Assembly: GCA_043228905.1 (NCBI GenBank)
Contig: JBHGNT010000020.1
Coordinates: 2,976,001 to 3,040,000, forward strand
Source: Azolla caroliniana
Taxonomy: Eukaryota; Plantae; Polypodiophyta
Reading direction: 5' to 3'
Length of the DNA: 64,000 nucleotides
The notes beneath the pieces were generated by a model. The model did not search any database and was not told the DNA's origin. It was given only the letters and a program-made list of their open reading frames with translations. Shown here in pieces: positions 1-12,890 of this stretch; the stretch's first letter is position 1; every line of letters begins with the position of its first letter. The position numbers and the translations under genes were made by a program.

Positions 1-415
1 CCGGCCGGTTCGTCAAGTGTCATTTGGTTTCCAGCCAACATCCGGTTTTCAACCGGGTAGGTCCTTGTGTCCTAAGGCCGGTTTTCATTGGATGATCCGG
101 AGTTCATCACCTTCTTCTCCGACTGCCAGTCGGCAATGGTCCTGTCTTCCATGAAGACTATGTCCCGACTCCAGTACACCTTCTTGTCACCAGATCCCAC
201 ACTCGGTAACCGAACTCATTATCTCCGCATCAAAGGAATATGCATGGTCTGGACTTCGGATCCAACTTTGCTCTCTTGTCCTTTGCAACATGCACATATG
301 CGAGACACCCGAACACCTTCAGATGCCGGTAAGATACATCTTTACCGGTCCATAATTTCTGAGGTGAGTCTCCTTCCAAGGGTGCTGAGGGTGATCTATT
401 TATCACATAGGTCAC
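1..415 (-). pseudogene. pol: Ty1/Copia integrase C-terminal fragment
   Basis: ORF 230..415(-) TYVINRSPS...YRHLKVFGCLAYVHV..KLDPKSRPCIFL, similar to the Copia at 17200-17460; abrupt junction at ~416. Confidence 0.85.
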
Positions 416-2187
416 CCTCTCCTTCTGTGTACGTCACCACTTCTTGTTTCATTCGCTCCGTGTTAGCCGCATTCGCTTTCTCTACCCAGGCCTGGGCTGC
501 CTTGCGTATGTCGTCCAGTTCTGTCCATTCTGTGTTTTTCGCTTGACTACGCGTAATGACTTGTTGGACATCCGTTGTGATGGTATGCATGGTTGGGTCT
601 TTGCCTTTATTTCGATGTGGGCATTGTGTCGTGTAGTGGCCTGATTGTTGGCACTCGAAGCAATGTACGTTAGATTCGCCTGTTTCTATTACTGGCGATG
701 TAGGGGGTTCTAGGGGTATGGGTTGCTCTTCTTGTGTCTGCTGGAATCTTTTCTGGATTCGGGGTTGCTAGCGATACTCCCGACGAGGCTCTTGGCACCG
801 TTCATCCTCTGAACTCTCCTCGTAACGGCGGTGGTCCTGCGTCATGCGATTATTGCCGTTCTGTCGAGGCCCAGCTTGTTCTCCACGATTGTTGGTAGGA
901 CGTCGATTGTCGGGCCTTAGTGGAGATGTAAAAGATTTACTTCTTACCTTCCCTGAGGATCCAAAATCCCTTACAGAAGCTATTAGCCGAGTAATACGGT
1001 GTGATAATCGGCATTTTGAGCGTCGGTCCGAGCGACAACAACAACAAACATGATCAATATTTACGCCAACTTATGCATCAGTGACGACCCAATCTCCAAG
1101 GCAACAATATAGCCCCGTCCCAACTCCACAGCAAGCACACAACCCAACACCAATGGATAGCCTGACACCGATGGAGATTGATATGATCCGGCGACGAGGA
1201 CCTTTATCAGATGAAGAGAAACAACGTCGTCGAGCAAATTGACTTTGCTTATATTGTGGAGGTCCAAGACATATTGCCATTCATTGTCCACACAGACCGA
1301 GACGTCAGGTACATCACATTAACTATGATAATAGAAATGAGTCTAGCATTATTGATAATAGAAATAACATTGTTGAAACTGTGCCAACTAGTGTTTCTAA
1401 TAATCCAACTCTATCCAATAAGTTTGAGGTCCTAAGCCAATTACATGAGGAGTCAAACAAATAAGTCTGGCCAAAATCGTAGCCGTTTGGTTGGATAGTC
1501 CTAGATCTGTACAACCTAGTGTGGGTTCCATCTCTTCCAAGCATGTTAGTAGAGTTTTCTCAAGCCAAGTACAAGTTAGGACACCAAGTTGTCAACTTCA
1601 TGTCCCAGCTCTCTTAGATACCGGAGCCAATTCTTGTTTCATGGATAGAGATTTTGCCTAAAAACATCAAATAGCCTTGCATAAACTCCTTGCCCAGTTT
1701 CCGTAGTAGTGATTGATGGATGACCCATAGCTTCTGGAAAGATATTCGAGGAGTTTGAGCCGATACACATACTCTTAGGTGATTTAGGATGTGTGGTCTC
1801 CTTTAACATAATCCGTAGCCTTGAGCATCCAATAGTCCTTGGTTTGCCATGGTTCGAGCTACACAACCCAAGAATTGATTGGAAACGACGAGAAATTAGG
1901 TGCCCTTCAAAAGGAAACATAGTAGTCAAGGGTTGAACCCAGGATCTTCTCCTTGAAAAACATAATGTTACCAATTCACCCTCTACCAAACATGTTGTTC
2001 CTCTTCATCAAATTTCAACCATCACCCTAGAACAATTATGCCAAGAAGGAGCAAAAGAAGATTTATTCTTATTTGCCATATCAATTGCACCTTCTAGTGA
2101 CACTCAAGGGAAGTCAGAGGTCTACATTCCTAAAAAGTACCAAGAATATGTTGATGTCTTCGACAAAGTCAAAGCTAGTGTACTTCC

Positions 2188-2833
2188 TGTTAGGAAGCAG
2201 GTCCCTCCGGATGGGAAGTGAGAAGAATAGTACTGATGAGCAAACTCGGCCGAGGCCGAAACCGGATGACGAGTACCCGGCTACGGAGAGCCGGATGGTG
2301 TAGACCCAGTGAGAACCGGATGACGAGTACCCGACTACGGAGAGCCGGATGGTGCAGACCCGGTGAGAAGCGCTCTCTGGATGAAGAGACATATTCGTAA
2401 ATATGTTTCTGAGAGTCCATCGTGGCTATATTTGTAAATAGCCGAAAAGTCATATTAGTATAAATATGACTTAGGGCAAACTTTTTGATAGTGTGGTTGT
2501 CATTCTTGTTGGTGCAAGATTAGTGCGTGCAACTGTGTACAGAGAGAGTGAGAGAGAGGAAGAGGTCGTTGCCTCTGATTGTAACCGATGCCTGTGGCGA
2601 AGATAACAAGCTCGAGGTCGTGGCCTCGGTGCTTTCTTATTGTACATTTTGACATAGTGATAGTTTGCAGTTTGTGGGTTGCCGTGGTTTTTCCCGAGTT
2701 TGGGTTTTCCACGTAAACATCCTGTGTACTCTTCTCTCCTTTCTGTCGTGCATTTCATTTCCCGTTTTCTGTGTATGATTCTAAGCTCGGTTGTGGCCGA
2801 GCGTTGCGCATAGGGAGTGTGTAGTTCCTGTCA
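2188..2833 (+). mobile_element. Solo LTR related to the Copia at 14601..19285
   Basis: TGTTAGG...CCTGTCA flanked by perfect TSD CTTCC (2183..2187 / 2834..2838); clearly similar to LTR 14601..15296. Confidence 0.95.
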
Positions 2834-3016
2834 CTTCCAAAGCATCAACCATACGATTGTCCCATTGATCTACAGCCAGGAAAAGGTTCACTATGGGGTT
2901 CGATCTACAATTTGTCACCAACGGAGCTTGAGGTTCTTTGAGCATACATCGACGAGAATCTTGCAAGTGGATTTATTCGACATTCAAAGTCTCCAGATGG
3001 TGCTCCTATCTTTTTC

Positions 3017-4555
3017 GTGAAAAAAAAGGACGGCTCACTTCGTTTGGTCGTGGATTATCGAGGATTAAATAAAGTGACAATAAGAAATAGGTATGCTCTA
3101 CCTTTAATTTCCATTCTTTTAGAGCGCATTGGTGGGGCAAAGCATTTTACCAAGATTGATCTAAGGGGTGCATATAATCTTGTCCGTATTCAACCGGGAG
3201 ATGAGTGGAAGACTGCATTTCGCACTCGATATGGCCATTTCAAGTATACAATTATGCCTTTTGGGCTCACAAATGCTCCTGCCGTGTTTCAACATATGTC
3301 AAATGACATTTTCCGAGATTTTCTAGATATCTTTCTTATCATCTATTTAGATGATCTATTGATTTACTCTAGAACACAAGCGGAGCATGATATACATGTC
3401 CGGAAGGTACTCAAACGCTTAACAGAGTATGGTCTTTATGACAAACTAGAGAAGTGCAGTTTTGATTGCAAAGAAGTTGAGTTCTTGGGTTATACCATTT
3501 CATCCAAAGGTATCTTCATGGATCCAACGAAAGTTCAAACAGTATTGGAATGGCATACTCCAAGTTCCATTCGTGATGTCCAGTGTTTCCTCGGATTTGC
3601 CAACTTCTACCGCAAATTCATATGGAATTATTCGAAGATTGTATTTCTGCTTACTCAACTCACCAAGAAAAATCAAGCATTTGTTTGGACTCCTGAAGCA
3701 GACAAAGCCTTTACTCAATTGAAAGAGGCATTCACATCAGGTCCTGTCTTAGCTCATGTTGATTCAGAAAAGCCATTTATCATTGAGGTAGATGCATCTG
3801 ACTTTGCATTGGGGAGCATCCTATCACAACCAGGTGAAGATGGGCACTTACATCTAGTCGCGTTTCATTCAAGAAAGTTTAATGTTGCGGAGATCAACTA
3901 CGAGTTGCATGACAAAGAGTTACTAGTTGTGGTTGACTCTTTTGTGCAATGGCGACATTTCATGGAAGGTTCGCATCATCAAATCATCATTTATAGTGAC
4001 CACAAAAATCTTACATATTTTCAGATGGCTCGAGTGCTAAATAGGCGACAAGCTCGGTGGGCGCAATTTTTAACTCGTTTTGATTTCAAGATCATTTTCC
4101 GCCCAGGGAACCAACAAGGGCAAGCAAATGCTCTATCTCGACGCTCATATTTGGCACTTCGCCTTGGAGATCCAACTTTCGACAATCAAAAGCAAGTTCT
4201 CCTTGGTCCAACAAAGCTACAAGCAACCACGGTTTGTGCCACACCATTGGATTCAAGTCTTCTTGATACTATTCGACAAAAACTTAACTCTGATGATTTT
4301 GCTAAGGATGTCTTCACCCACCTTGGTCCAAATCATGCATTTTGCTCCACATTGCTAGGGACATCTCGACGCTATAAGGAGTTCAAGTGGCAAGATAACT
4401 TACTTTTCTACAAGAATCTACTTTATGTCCCTGATGGATCACCACGCCTTCAAATGTTGGAGCACTGTCATGATGCCCGTATGGCCGGACACTTTGGTAT
4501 TGCCAAGACCATGGAGTTAGTGAAGCGATCATTTTGGTGGCCTCATTTACAATAA
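3017..4555 (+). pseudogene. pol: Chromovirus RT-RNase H-integrase N-terminus (longest uninterrupted pol segment)
   Basis: [46 protein letters not shown] motifs; flanked by premature stops. Confidence 0.93.
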
Positions 4556-5368
4556 TTCGTTGAAGATTATGTTCGCACATGTGACACATGTTGTCGGGCT
4601 AAAATGCCTAGGCATCATCCTTATGGGTTGTTACAACCTTTGCCGACTCCGAGCAAGCCATGGCAATCAATTACTATGGATTTCATTACAGATCTACCAC
4701 CTTCACAAGGTTTTGATGCTATTTTAACCACAGTGGATCGGTTTACCAAGATGGCACATTTTCTACCCTGCATAAAAAGCATCAGTAGTCAAGAAACAAC
4801 AAATATCATTATGCGTGAAGTATTTCGCCATCATGGTCTTCCAAATGACATAATTAGTGATCGTGAACCACAATTTATCTCTCACTTTTGGAAGCACCTA
4901 TGTGACGGGCTCCGAATCTCTTGCAAACTCTCTTCAGCATATCATCCCGAAACTGATGGCCAAACAGAGCGCACAAATCAAACACTTGAGTAGTATCTTC
5001 GATGTTTCACCAGTTATCAACAAGATGATTGGAGTCATATATTGCATCTTGCAGAGTTTGCATACAATAACACCATACACTCTTCTACCAAGGTCACACC
5101 TTTCTATGCCTATACTGGCAACCATCCTCGATGGTGTCTCTTGGACATTCCAGTGATCTCACCAAACCCTAGTGCAGAGCAACACCTCCACCGATTACAA
5201 CACCTTCAGTCTAAGTTGTCTTCACATCTTCAGAAAGCTCAAGCCCAACATAAGGCCCATGCAGATCGACATCGTCTTCCGTCTCCATTCAAGGTTGGTG
5301 ATCGGGTATGGTTGTGATGCCGTCACATAAAGACTACTCTACCGTGTGATAAACTAGATTATAAACGC

Positions 5369-5785
5369 TTGGGTCCTTTTGTCATCACGAAGCAGATTAA
5401 TGATGCAACATTACGTCTTGATCTTCATGCAAGTTTAAGGCTTCATCCAGTCTTTCACAACTCTCTTTTGGAACCTTACCACACCAGCTCAATTCCCAAT
5501 CGTGTCGTGTTGCCACCGCCTCCTCTCCAACTTGTTGATGGCCCAGAGTATGAGGTAGCCTCCATTCTTGATTCAAAGATTGTGCGCAATAAGTTGTATT
5601 ATCTAGTTGATTGGCTAGGCTATACTCTGAGTGATCGCACATGGGAACCCGTCGATAATGTTTGTAATGCTCAAGCTCTTATTGACGACTTCCATTGTCG
5701 CTATCCCAACAAACCCGGCCCTGCATTGTTAACAACTCCTTCCACTTGTCGTTTTAAGAGGAGAGATAATGTCATGAATCTGTGA
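5369..5785 (+). pseudogene. pol: Integrase GPY/F region plus chromodomain
   Basis: GPFVI...HPVFH...EYEVASILDSKIVRNKLYYLVDWLGY..DRTWEP. Confidence 0.92.
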
Positions 5786-6197
5786 ACATTATGTGGCTTC
5801 ACTTGGGCTTGAACCCAAGACCTTGTAATACATAATCAAGAACCTAACCATTAAGATAGAATATGATTATATGAAATAATAAATCCTACTTCCTGTAATA
5901 GACTGATATTGTAAATGTTCTAGAACATCCTAGAACATCTTAGAATATTCTAGGTCTAGAACATTCTAGAACATTATAGAAATCACTAGGTTATTCTATA
6001 GGAACCTATGAATATGGACATACAATTCTTCTCAAAACCAATTCGAATCAGCACCAGTCTTAAGCTCTCATCACCTATCTTGTATCCATTCTTATTCTAC
6101 TTTAATACATTCATTCTTCTCTTATCATTTCATTCCTTTTCTTGTGATCTCTTTATATCTTTCTTCTATCACTTTACCTTCTCTCTTGGTTCTGACA
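5770..6197 (+). repeat. Chromovirus 3' LTR
   Basis: Follows PPT; TG..CA; homologous to 11231..11652 and 38769..39192. Confidence 0.93.
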
Positions 6198-7852
6198 GCG
6201 GTCATTATTCCGGTACTCTTCCTCTTCCCGCTCTTCTTCATCGGAATACGGGTCGTTGTTACGGTGGTTGTGGAACTGTCTTTCTGTATTACGATAACGC
6301 TCATCCTGCCGGCCTTGGTCGTTACGGCAGTACTGCTGTTGCGGTTCCATGTGGTGAACTGTCGGGGTGGGTCTGTTCAACATATTATATTCGCACTAAT
6401 CCACCATATGTGCCCATGAATGGCAAATGGGGCAATGCATCCGCATGTTACATTCCACAGTAGAGTGTCTTGAGTTTTAAGCAAATTGTGCATTGAATGG
6501 CCTAGCAGAATCAATATTCCTCGTCCTAAGGCAAAGCCTGTCGGAGCGATGCCATGGATAGTCCTTCATCTTCCTCCTCTAATTCGAGCTGCAACGCCCA
6601 CTCGATGACCATATCCGCCGTCTCGCCTTTTGCACTGTGTGTGGTCAGCGTAGTCTTGATGTGTCGTCGCAAAGCTGCCAAAAACGTATCCTTGGCCTCT
6701 TCCTTTGTTGGGGCCCGTGTGAGTTGAGGTCGTAGACTCTAGAACCGCAAACTGAAATCTGCTACGGATTCTTTTGGAAGTTGCTTGATCGTATAAAACT
6801 GTTCGATAATTTCTCGTTGTGGCATGCTCCGATGGAAAAACCGCAAGAACACCGATTGCAGTTGGTCGAATGTTGTGAATGCTGTTAAATCTAGTTGGGA
6901 GTGTCTGCACACAACCCGACCATTCAGGGTTAGCCTGAACTCAGTGATCTTTGATTCGTGGGCTTTTGCCTCTGGAAACCGTTGTGGCATGTGGTTAGCA
7001 TTCCAGACGTTGAGGAACGACTGTATGTGGCTCACGGCGTTGGTTTCTCCGTTAAAACGGGGGTATGAGAAGGCCATTCTGGTCGCTACGGTGGTGCTAG
7101 GCCAGGGAAGGTTAATGTGTTGTGAAGCTTGGTCACACTATATTGGTCTCGTTGCAATAAGACTTTGTAATCAACACCGCTCTGTTCTGTGAGCGTGGAG
7201 TCTACCGTGTACTCCTGAAGAGAGGGGGTACGGTCGATGAGGCGGGGTTTCCGTGTAGTGCGTTCTTCCGTGTGGCAGGTAATGGATCTAGTTTGTGGTC
7301 GATCTTGTCGAGTAGGTTCTCTAACACGTCGGCGACTACACATCCATTCCTTGATGCTCGACTGCGAGGATTCACAAATCACCAGGCGTGCTAAAAGTGT
7401 TACCGGTTAGGAACACTGCCCACCCACAATCCTTTGAGGTAGGTTTCAAGGTGATCGTGGTCTAAGCGAATAGGAATGCGTAGTGCGTGAACAGTAAGGA
7501 CTTTACGCAGTAGAGCGGGGTCAAAGTCGTAAGGGAGACAGCTACAGCCGAGCCTCTGACTGTACGTGGATACACAACACACACTTACCCTATGCTTATT
7601 GCTACACAGTCATGTACAGAGAATGAAGTATGAGAGACAAGAGACTGATAGACAAAATACCAAGATCAGAGGAGACAAAAACTATATTAAACGGTGCTCT
7701 CCAAAATACGCTAGCCCTTTTACAGTGTTCTTTCACCCTTTATATACACAGGGCTTCTGATCGGTTACACTTCCTGAGTGAACCATTACATGCATTACTT
7801 TAACGCCCAAATATACTAATCTATTTACAATGCGTTATGGCCGGCGGTTACA

Positions 7853-8220
7853 ATTCCAGCGGATTATCTGAGCCGGATCGGAAACGTAGAAGAAGTGATC
7901 GAAGGGCACGACAACTTTCCGAATACCGGAATCCTGTGAATTTCGGCAAGCGATGCCGAATAAGGCACGCACTCCCTGGACAAATGGCTGGAGGAAATGA
8001 CCTATTTCTTAAGTACGGGATTGCCACCTCCACGCCTATGTACAGATGAAAAGAAGCATTTGGTAGTCAGAAGCCGGAACTTTTGTCTGCTCGAGGGAAT
8101 AATGTATCGTAAGGGGAGCGACAGTATCTGGCGAAGGTGTGTACGCCAGCATGAGAAGAGTGCGGTATTACGAGAAGCTCACCGCGGAATAGAAGGGGGT
8201 CACTACGCAGGGGAGGCAAC
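7853..8220 (+). pseudogene. pol: Gypsy (Tat/Athila-like) integrase zinc-finger fragment
   Basis: YFLSTGLPP...IWRRCV..EKSAVLREAHRGIEGGHYAG; truncated on both sides. Confidence 0.75.
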
Positions 8221-8224
8221 CACA

Positions 8225-10483
8225 GATCGTTGCGTGAGTCGGGTGGAAATTGTCGATGTTTTGGACTAGGAGAAGGAAGAATTTAAAGCAGATAAGATTG
8301 TGAATAGATTGAACGAGAGAGATAAGAAAAATTGTGAATCCTATTAGTATAATGTATTTTATTAATCAATATTTAGATAACAATATGAATTTAGATTGAA
8401 AGAGAGAGAAGAGATATAGAAAACTCGTGAATCCCACGATTATAATTTATTAGATTAATCTATATTTAAAACCCTAATAATCCCCAAGAATTTTTACCCC
8501 AATATTTATCACACCCAAATACATCTTGTTCCCATCCTTATATAGTGATGGGAGAGGCTTAGCACATAGCAATCCATGCTTTTTCTGACTTCATGCTTTT
8601 TTCTAACTTCATGGTTTTTCTAAAGTTATGGACTTTATCCTTTCTTTCTATCATGCTTTTTCTAAAAGTGTTCATGCACACTAGATGTGCTTGAGTAGCT
8701 TTTTCCTAGAAAATATGTGACATGATAACACTTTCTACCCCGAAAACTTTCATGATGTGTTAGTACAATGGTAAGGCTCGAAATTGTCAACATGGAGGTA
8801 CAGGGTTTGAATCTTGCCCTATGCATGTAACATATGTTTTAATATTTTTTCCTATTTCTTCATACTTATTCAATCGGTATTCCATACGTTTTTCACGTAG
8901 TGTACAAATTACACTATGACACTCGCCCCCTCCGAACCTGCACATCCTCCGGTATGTGCCGAAGTTTCCGGTGCTTGATATTCTTCGTCATTCGTAGTGC
9001 CCTCCGTTTCTCCCGCTATGTCGACTTTGTCTCTCCATTTTGAGCACGTCCATTCCTTCCACCTGAACCATTGTTGTGATCCGATCCACCATATTCTTCG
9101 TTCGTTCTTTGCATGGCCATGACCAGTTGTCATGGCTCCTTGTGCTCCTCCTGAGCATAACCCTTCATGTCTCGTCCATGTGCCACCTTCGTCCCGACTA
9201 TCTCCTTGTTCAAGGCACTTCAACATATTATTTATTCTTGTTCCGTGACTTCCTCCTCAAGGCCTTGTCCGAATACTGACGTTGACTTCCCCATGTAGTC
9301 TCTTCAAGTGCATGTCCACCTCTAGATCCTTATGCGACCATACTTCATGCTTCCCACTTTGTCCACCTTCGTTGTACAATCTTGCATTAGAGCCCTCCTT
9401 CTTTGCTGAGATCTCATCTTGGGTAATACCCTTCAAATCCGCTTGGCCCGCTTGGCACTTGTTGTCCCTAGTAGTGCGCCTGCTTGGCCTTTTCCTTGTG
9501 TTCATCAGCCTCGACCATTTCGATCTCCATCTGGGCCGGATTAGCTTCTTTCTAGATTGATCTCGTCCGATTGGCTTCCATTCGGATTTGCATTTGGCCG
9601 AATCGGACTTGGTCGATCGGTTTTGACCGAGTCGGCCCCCTTCCAAGTTGGGTTTGACCGATCAGTTTCCATCCGGGTTGGCTTCCGTTCGGATCAGAAT
9701 ACCGGTCGGATCATCTTCCATCCAAATCGACTTTTAGTTCTTCCTTTCTTTCCGCTCTTTGCCTCTTCATAGAACTCTGCCTTGCCGCAACCTTCCACCT
9801 CTTCGGTCTCATGTTGGTTCTCAAGCACAACTGCCGAAGTCTCCGGAAAAGGTATGGAGGAATCCCTATCTCTTTGATCAATCACAACCACCTCGTAGTA
9901 GTCGCCTGCATTGGCTTGGTCTTCCACTTTTCGCCTACCACCGTCTACCTCTCCGATCTCACGTTGGCCCTCGGGCACAACCACCGAAGTCTCTAGCATT
10001 AGTGGGCAAGAATCCTCGGCATTACTGTCCTCTGTCATTTCGCCCATATCCACCTTCTCGGATATCTCTCCGTCGTATGCTTCGACTTAGATCTTCGTTT
10101 CCTCCCCGCCACCTTCATCTCTTCAATCTCACGTTGGTTCTCAGATGCAGCCACCAAAGTCTCTAGAATTAGTGGGCAGGAATCCTGAACACCACCATAC
10201 ACCATTGAATCGACCTTAGCCACCTTCACCTCGATGTCTTTATCCGTGTCTATATCTTCAACTCCATAAGCCTCATACTCTTTGCCCTCCTCGATCATGC
10301 AAGCTTCGATTATGTTTACCCCTTCGTTACCCAATGTTTCAAACAATCTTGTCCCGAAACCTTCTTCCACCTTTGAAGTAGCATTCGCCACTCTTAAGTC
10401 ATCGGCCTTATTATTGGCCATCATTGTTTCACAAGACAAGAGGGTGTCTTGTTCCACACCCTCTCCCGTGGTAACATCGTATC
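8225..10483 (-). mobile_element. Fragment of pol-less Gypsy derivative: 3' LTR ~8225..8921 plus acidic-ORF internal region
   Basis: LTR start TGTCATAGTGTAATT (-) at 8921 resembles 54614/61193. PPT GGTTCGGAGGGGGCGAG is identical to that before 61193. Internal ORFs resemble 51299..53989. LTR 3' tip missing. Confidence 0.85.
8754..8825 (+). promoter_or_regulatory. tRNA-like (Asp-GTC-like) A/B-box cassette, antisense to its LTR
   Basis: TAGTACAATGGTAAG (A box), TTGTCAA loop, GGTTTGAATC (B box, one mismatch), tRNA spacing; stems decayed, so not a functional tRNA. Confidence 0.65.
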
Positions 10484-10861
10484 TGTCGAAATTAGATCCC
10501 TATGATTCGTGAAAAAGACTGACTGTGAAATACACAATAGTGCAGAAGACAGTAAACGACAAATGCACAGAATACACAATTTTACGTGGAAACCCTAAAC
10601 GGGGGAAAACCATGGGAATAGAGATTCCACTATGCACAAAGAATACAAGATGAGTTCAGAATACAACACTCTTCTTCCCAAGTGTATCAACCATGCAAGG
10701 CTCTTGGTGTCTAACCTCTCTTGGCTATGGTGCCGCCCTCTCTCTCTGTAATACAATAGACACATACAACGACTCTTTCAGTTCTACACTTTGCTCATAT
10801 CTAAAGCTTTGCCCTAAGTGTATTTATACTTATACACTAAATGGGCTATTGAAAAATGTAT

Positions 10862-11078
10862 CCTCTACTACGTTCATTCCTATTATTATACTAATAACAA
10901 TATTAGTTAAATGGTCGACTGGTCGACTAGTTGAATCGACTAACTGTCATGAACACATGACCATTATGTAGCCTCTACTACGTTCATTCCTATTATTATA
11001 CTAATAACAGTATTAGTTAAATGGTCGATTGGTCGACTAGTCGAATCGACTAACTGTCATGAACACATGACCATTATG
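10862..11078. repeat. 110-bp tandem duplication spanning the host/chromovirus junction
   Basis: CCTCTACTACG...CCATTATG at 10862 and again at 10972; includes the first 24 nt of the inserted LTR. Confidence 0.9.
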
Positions 11079-11252
11079 GCGTCACCCGAACTTGAACTTC
11101 GAATCTTGTAATCCATAATTGAAAACCTCAACCATTTTGTTGTCGACGACTTCCATCGCCACTATCCAAACAAACCCGGCCCTAAAATGTTAACGCCGAC
11201 TTCCACTCGGCATTCTCGAAGAAGGGACAGTGTCATGAGCACATGACCATTA

Positions 11253-11325
11253 TGGTGTCACCCGGACTTGAACCTCGAACCTTGTAATCCATAATTGAAA
11301 ACCTTAACCATTAAGATAGCTTATT
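11253..11325 (-). promoter_or_regulatory. tRNA-like A/B-box cassette in family-A LTR U3 (also 5794..5865, 38791..38863)
   Basis: Minus strand: TATCTTAATGGTTAAGG..TTATGGA..AGGTT CGAGG TTCAAGT CCGGG TGACACCA; fits tRNA numbering G18-G19 to T54 without gaps. Confidence 0.7.
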
Positions 11326-11388
11326 ATCACATGAGACAATAAAAGCTACTTTTTATATTACATTGATTATTGTAATAACTGTAGATCA

Positions 11389-11467
11389 TTCTAGAATGTT
11401 CTAGAATGTCCTAGAACATTCTAGAACATTATAGAAATCTCTAAGCTATTCTATAGGAACCTATAAA
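11389..11467 (+). promoter_or_regulatory. Heat-shock-element array plus TATA box
   Basis: TTCtaGAAtgTTCtaGAAtgTCCtaGAAcaTTCtaGAAcaTTAtaGAA (ten in-phase pentamers, two imperfect) at 11389..11436; TATAAA 11462..11467. Confidence 0.75.
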
Positions 11468-11652
11468 GAAGGGCATACATGTATTCTCAAATCAATTCGA
11501 ATCAACACCAGTCTTTAGCTCTCATTACATATCTTGTATCCATTCTCTTTCTTTCTCTATCTTAATACAACCATTCTGCATTTCGTTCCTTTCTTCTCGT
11601 GTTCCCTTATATCCTTCTTCCATCACTCTATGTTTTATTCTTGGTTCTGACA

Positions 11653-11661
11653 GTTTGATTC

Positions 11662-11666
<5 letters not shown>
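11653..11666 (+). promoter_or_regulatory. Self-priming PBS (Tf1/sushi type)
   Basis: GT spacer + TTGATTCGAATT, exact reverse complement of AATTCGAATCAA (11494..11505), which starts 32 nt after the TATA. Confidence 0.85.
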
Positions 11667-11702
<36 letters not shown>

Positions 11703-11726
11703 CTCCTCTGTAACTAGCACGAAACC

Positions 11727-12890
11727 ATGGCCGCCATTAACTCCGAAGAATATCTTACCCTTGTTGCAGAAATGGAGAATCTTAAATCCAAGTTTGCATC
11801 TCTTGAAGTAGAGAATCAACCTCTACTTGGGGATCTACAAAAGGTTACTATAGAGAAGCAACAACAACAAGAGGTGTTCACGTGACGTGTTCAACAGTTA
11901 GAGTTGACAATCGTAGTGTTAAAACAACAAAGGGTCGAAGGTCAAGGACTTATTAAGGAGCCCAAAATCAGCCTCCTCGCTAAATTTGATGGCTCGAGGG
12001 CGCATTTCCGAGGTTTCTTGAATCAAGTACGGTTGGTGATTCAAATGCATCCCACGCGTTATCCGACATATGCATCACGAGTTGGGTTAGTGAGCACCTT
12101 ATTGACTGGCATAACATTGTCGTGGTTTGCTCCATTGCTAGAGACAAATTCTCCTCTACTGAATAATTTCGAGGAATTTATCAAAGAATTTAAGGCTTGT
12201 TTTGGAGATACTGATGGGGTGAGAACAACTATCAACAAGATTTGTACACTACGTCAAGGTGATAAGCCAACTTTGACATATGTAGCCAATATCTGTCGCA
12301 TCGCAAGCGATATTACTTGGGATGAACAAGTCCTAATGGAGCAATTCTGTTCAGGCATTCGTAGTGATGTCAAAGACTTACTTCTTACCTTCCTCGAGGA
12401 TCCAAGGTCGCTTACAAAAGCTATTAGTCGAACAATACGGTGTGATAATCTTCTTTTTGAGCGTCGATGTGAGCGACAACAACAAATAACAAGATCAAGA
12501 TTCACACCAACTTATGCATCAGTAACGACGCGATCATCCCCAAGGCAAACATATAGCCCTGCTCCAACTCTAAGGAAAACACGCAGTCCAGTCCCAATGG
12601 ATAGTTCTACGCCCATGGAGATCGATATGACTCAATGACGAGGACCGTTGTTGGACGAAGAGAAGCAATGACGCCGAGCAAACTGTCTGTGCTTATATTG
12701 CGGAGGTTCAAGACATATAGCCATTCATTGCTTCCGTAGGCCGAGACATCAGGTAAATCAAATTCACTATGACAATAAAAATGAGTCCAACATTTTAGAA
12801 GCAGTTAGTGACTCTAATATTATGAAAAATCCACCATTGTCCAATAAGTTTGAAGTCCGAAGCCAATTAGAAGAGGAGTCAAACGAATAA
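11727..12890 (+). pseudogene. gag: Chromovirus gag (PEG10/sushi-like capsid, CCHC knuckle)
   Basis: EPKISL..KFDGSRAHFRGFL, LRQG, TPMEID, CLYCGG; in-frame TGA stops. Confidence 0.9.

Larger units (their letters stand above)
910..6197 (+). mobile_element. 5'-truncated Ty3/Gypsy chromovirus (Tcn1-like), copy 1
   Basis: Starts mid-gag (DVKDLLLTFPEDPKSL), CLYCGGP knuckle, protease, RT-RNaseH, integrase, chromodomain, PPT 5756..5769, 3' LTR 5770..6197 (TGTCA..TGACA). Confidence 0.95.
416..7852 (-). mobile_element. Truncated non-chromovirus (Tat-like) Gypsy: 5' LTR 7398..7852, gag, interrupted by chromovirus 910..6197
   Basis: TG..CA at 7398/7852 with imperfect inverted termini. PBS-like TAGCACGCCTGGTG on - strand at ~7380..7393 (tRNA-Arg-like, from memory). 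Gag-like ORF 6739..7077 (YPRFNGE...IKQLPKESVADFSLRF). Continuity of 416..909 (VITRSQAK) with 6198..7077 is inferred. Confidence 0.6.
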
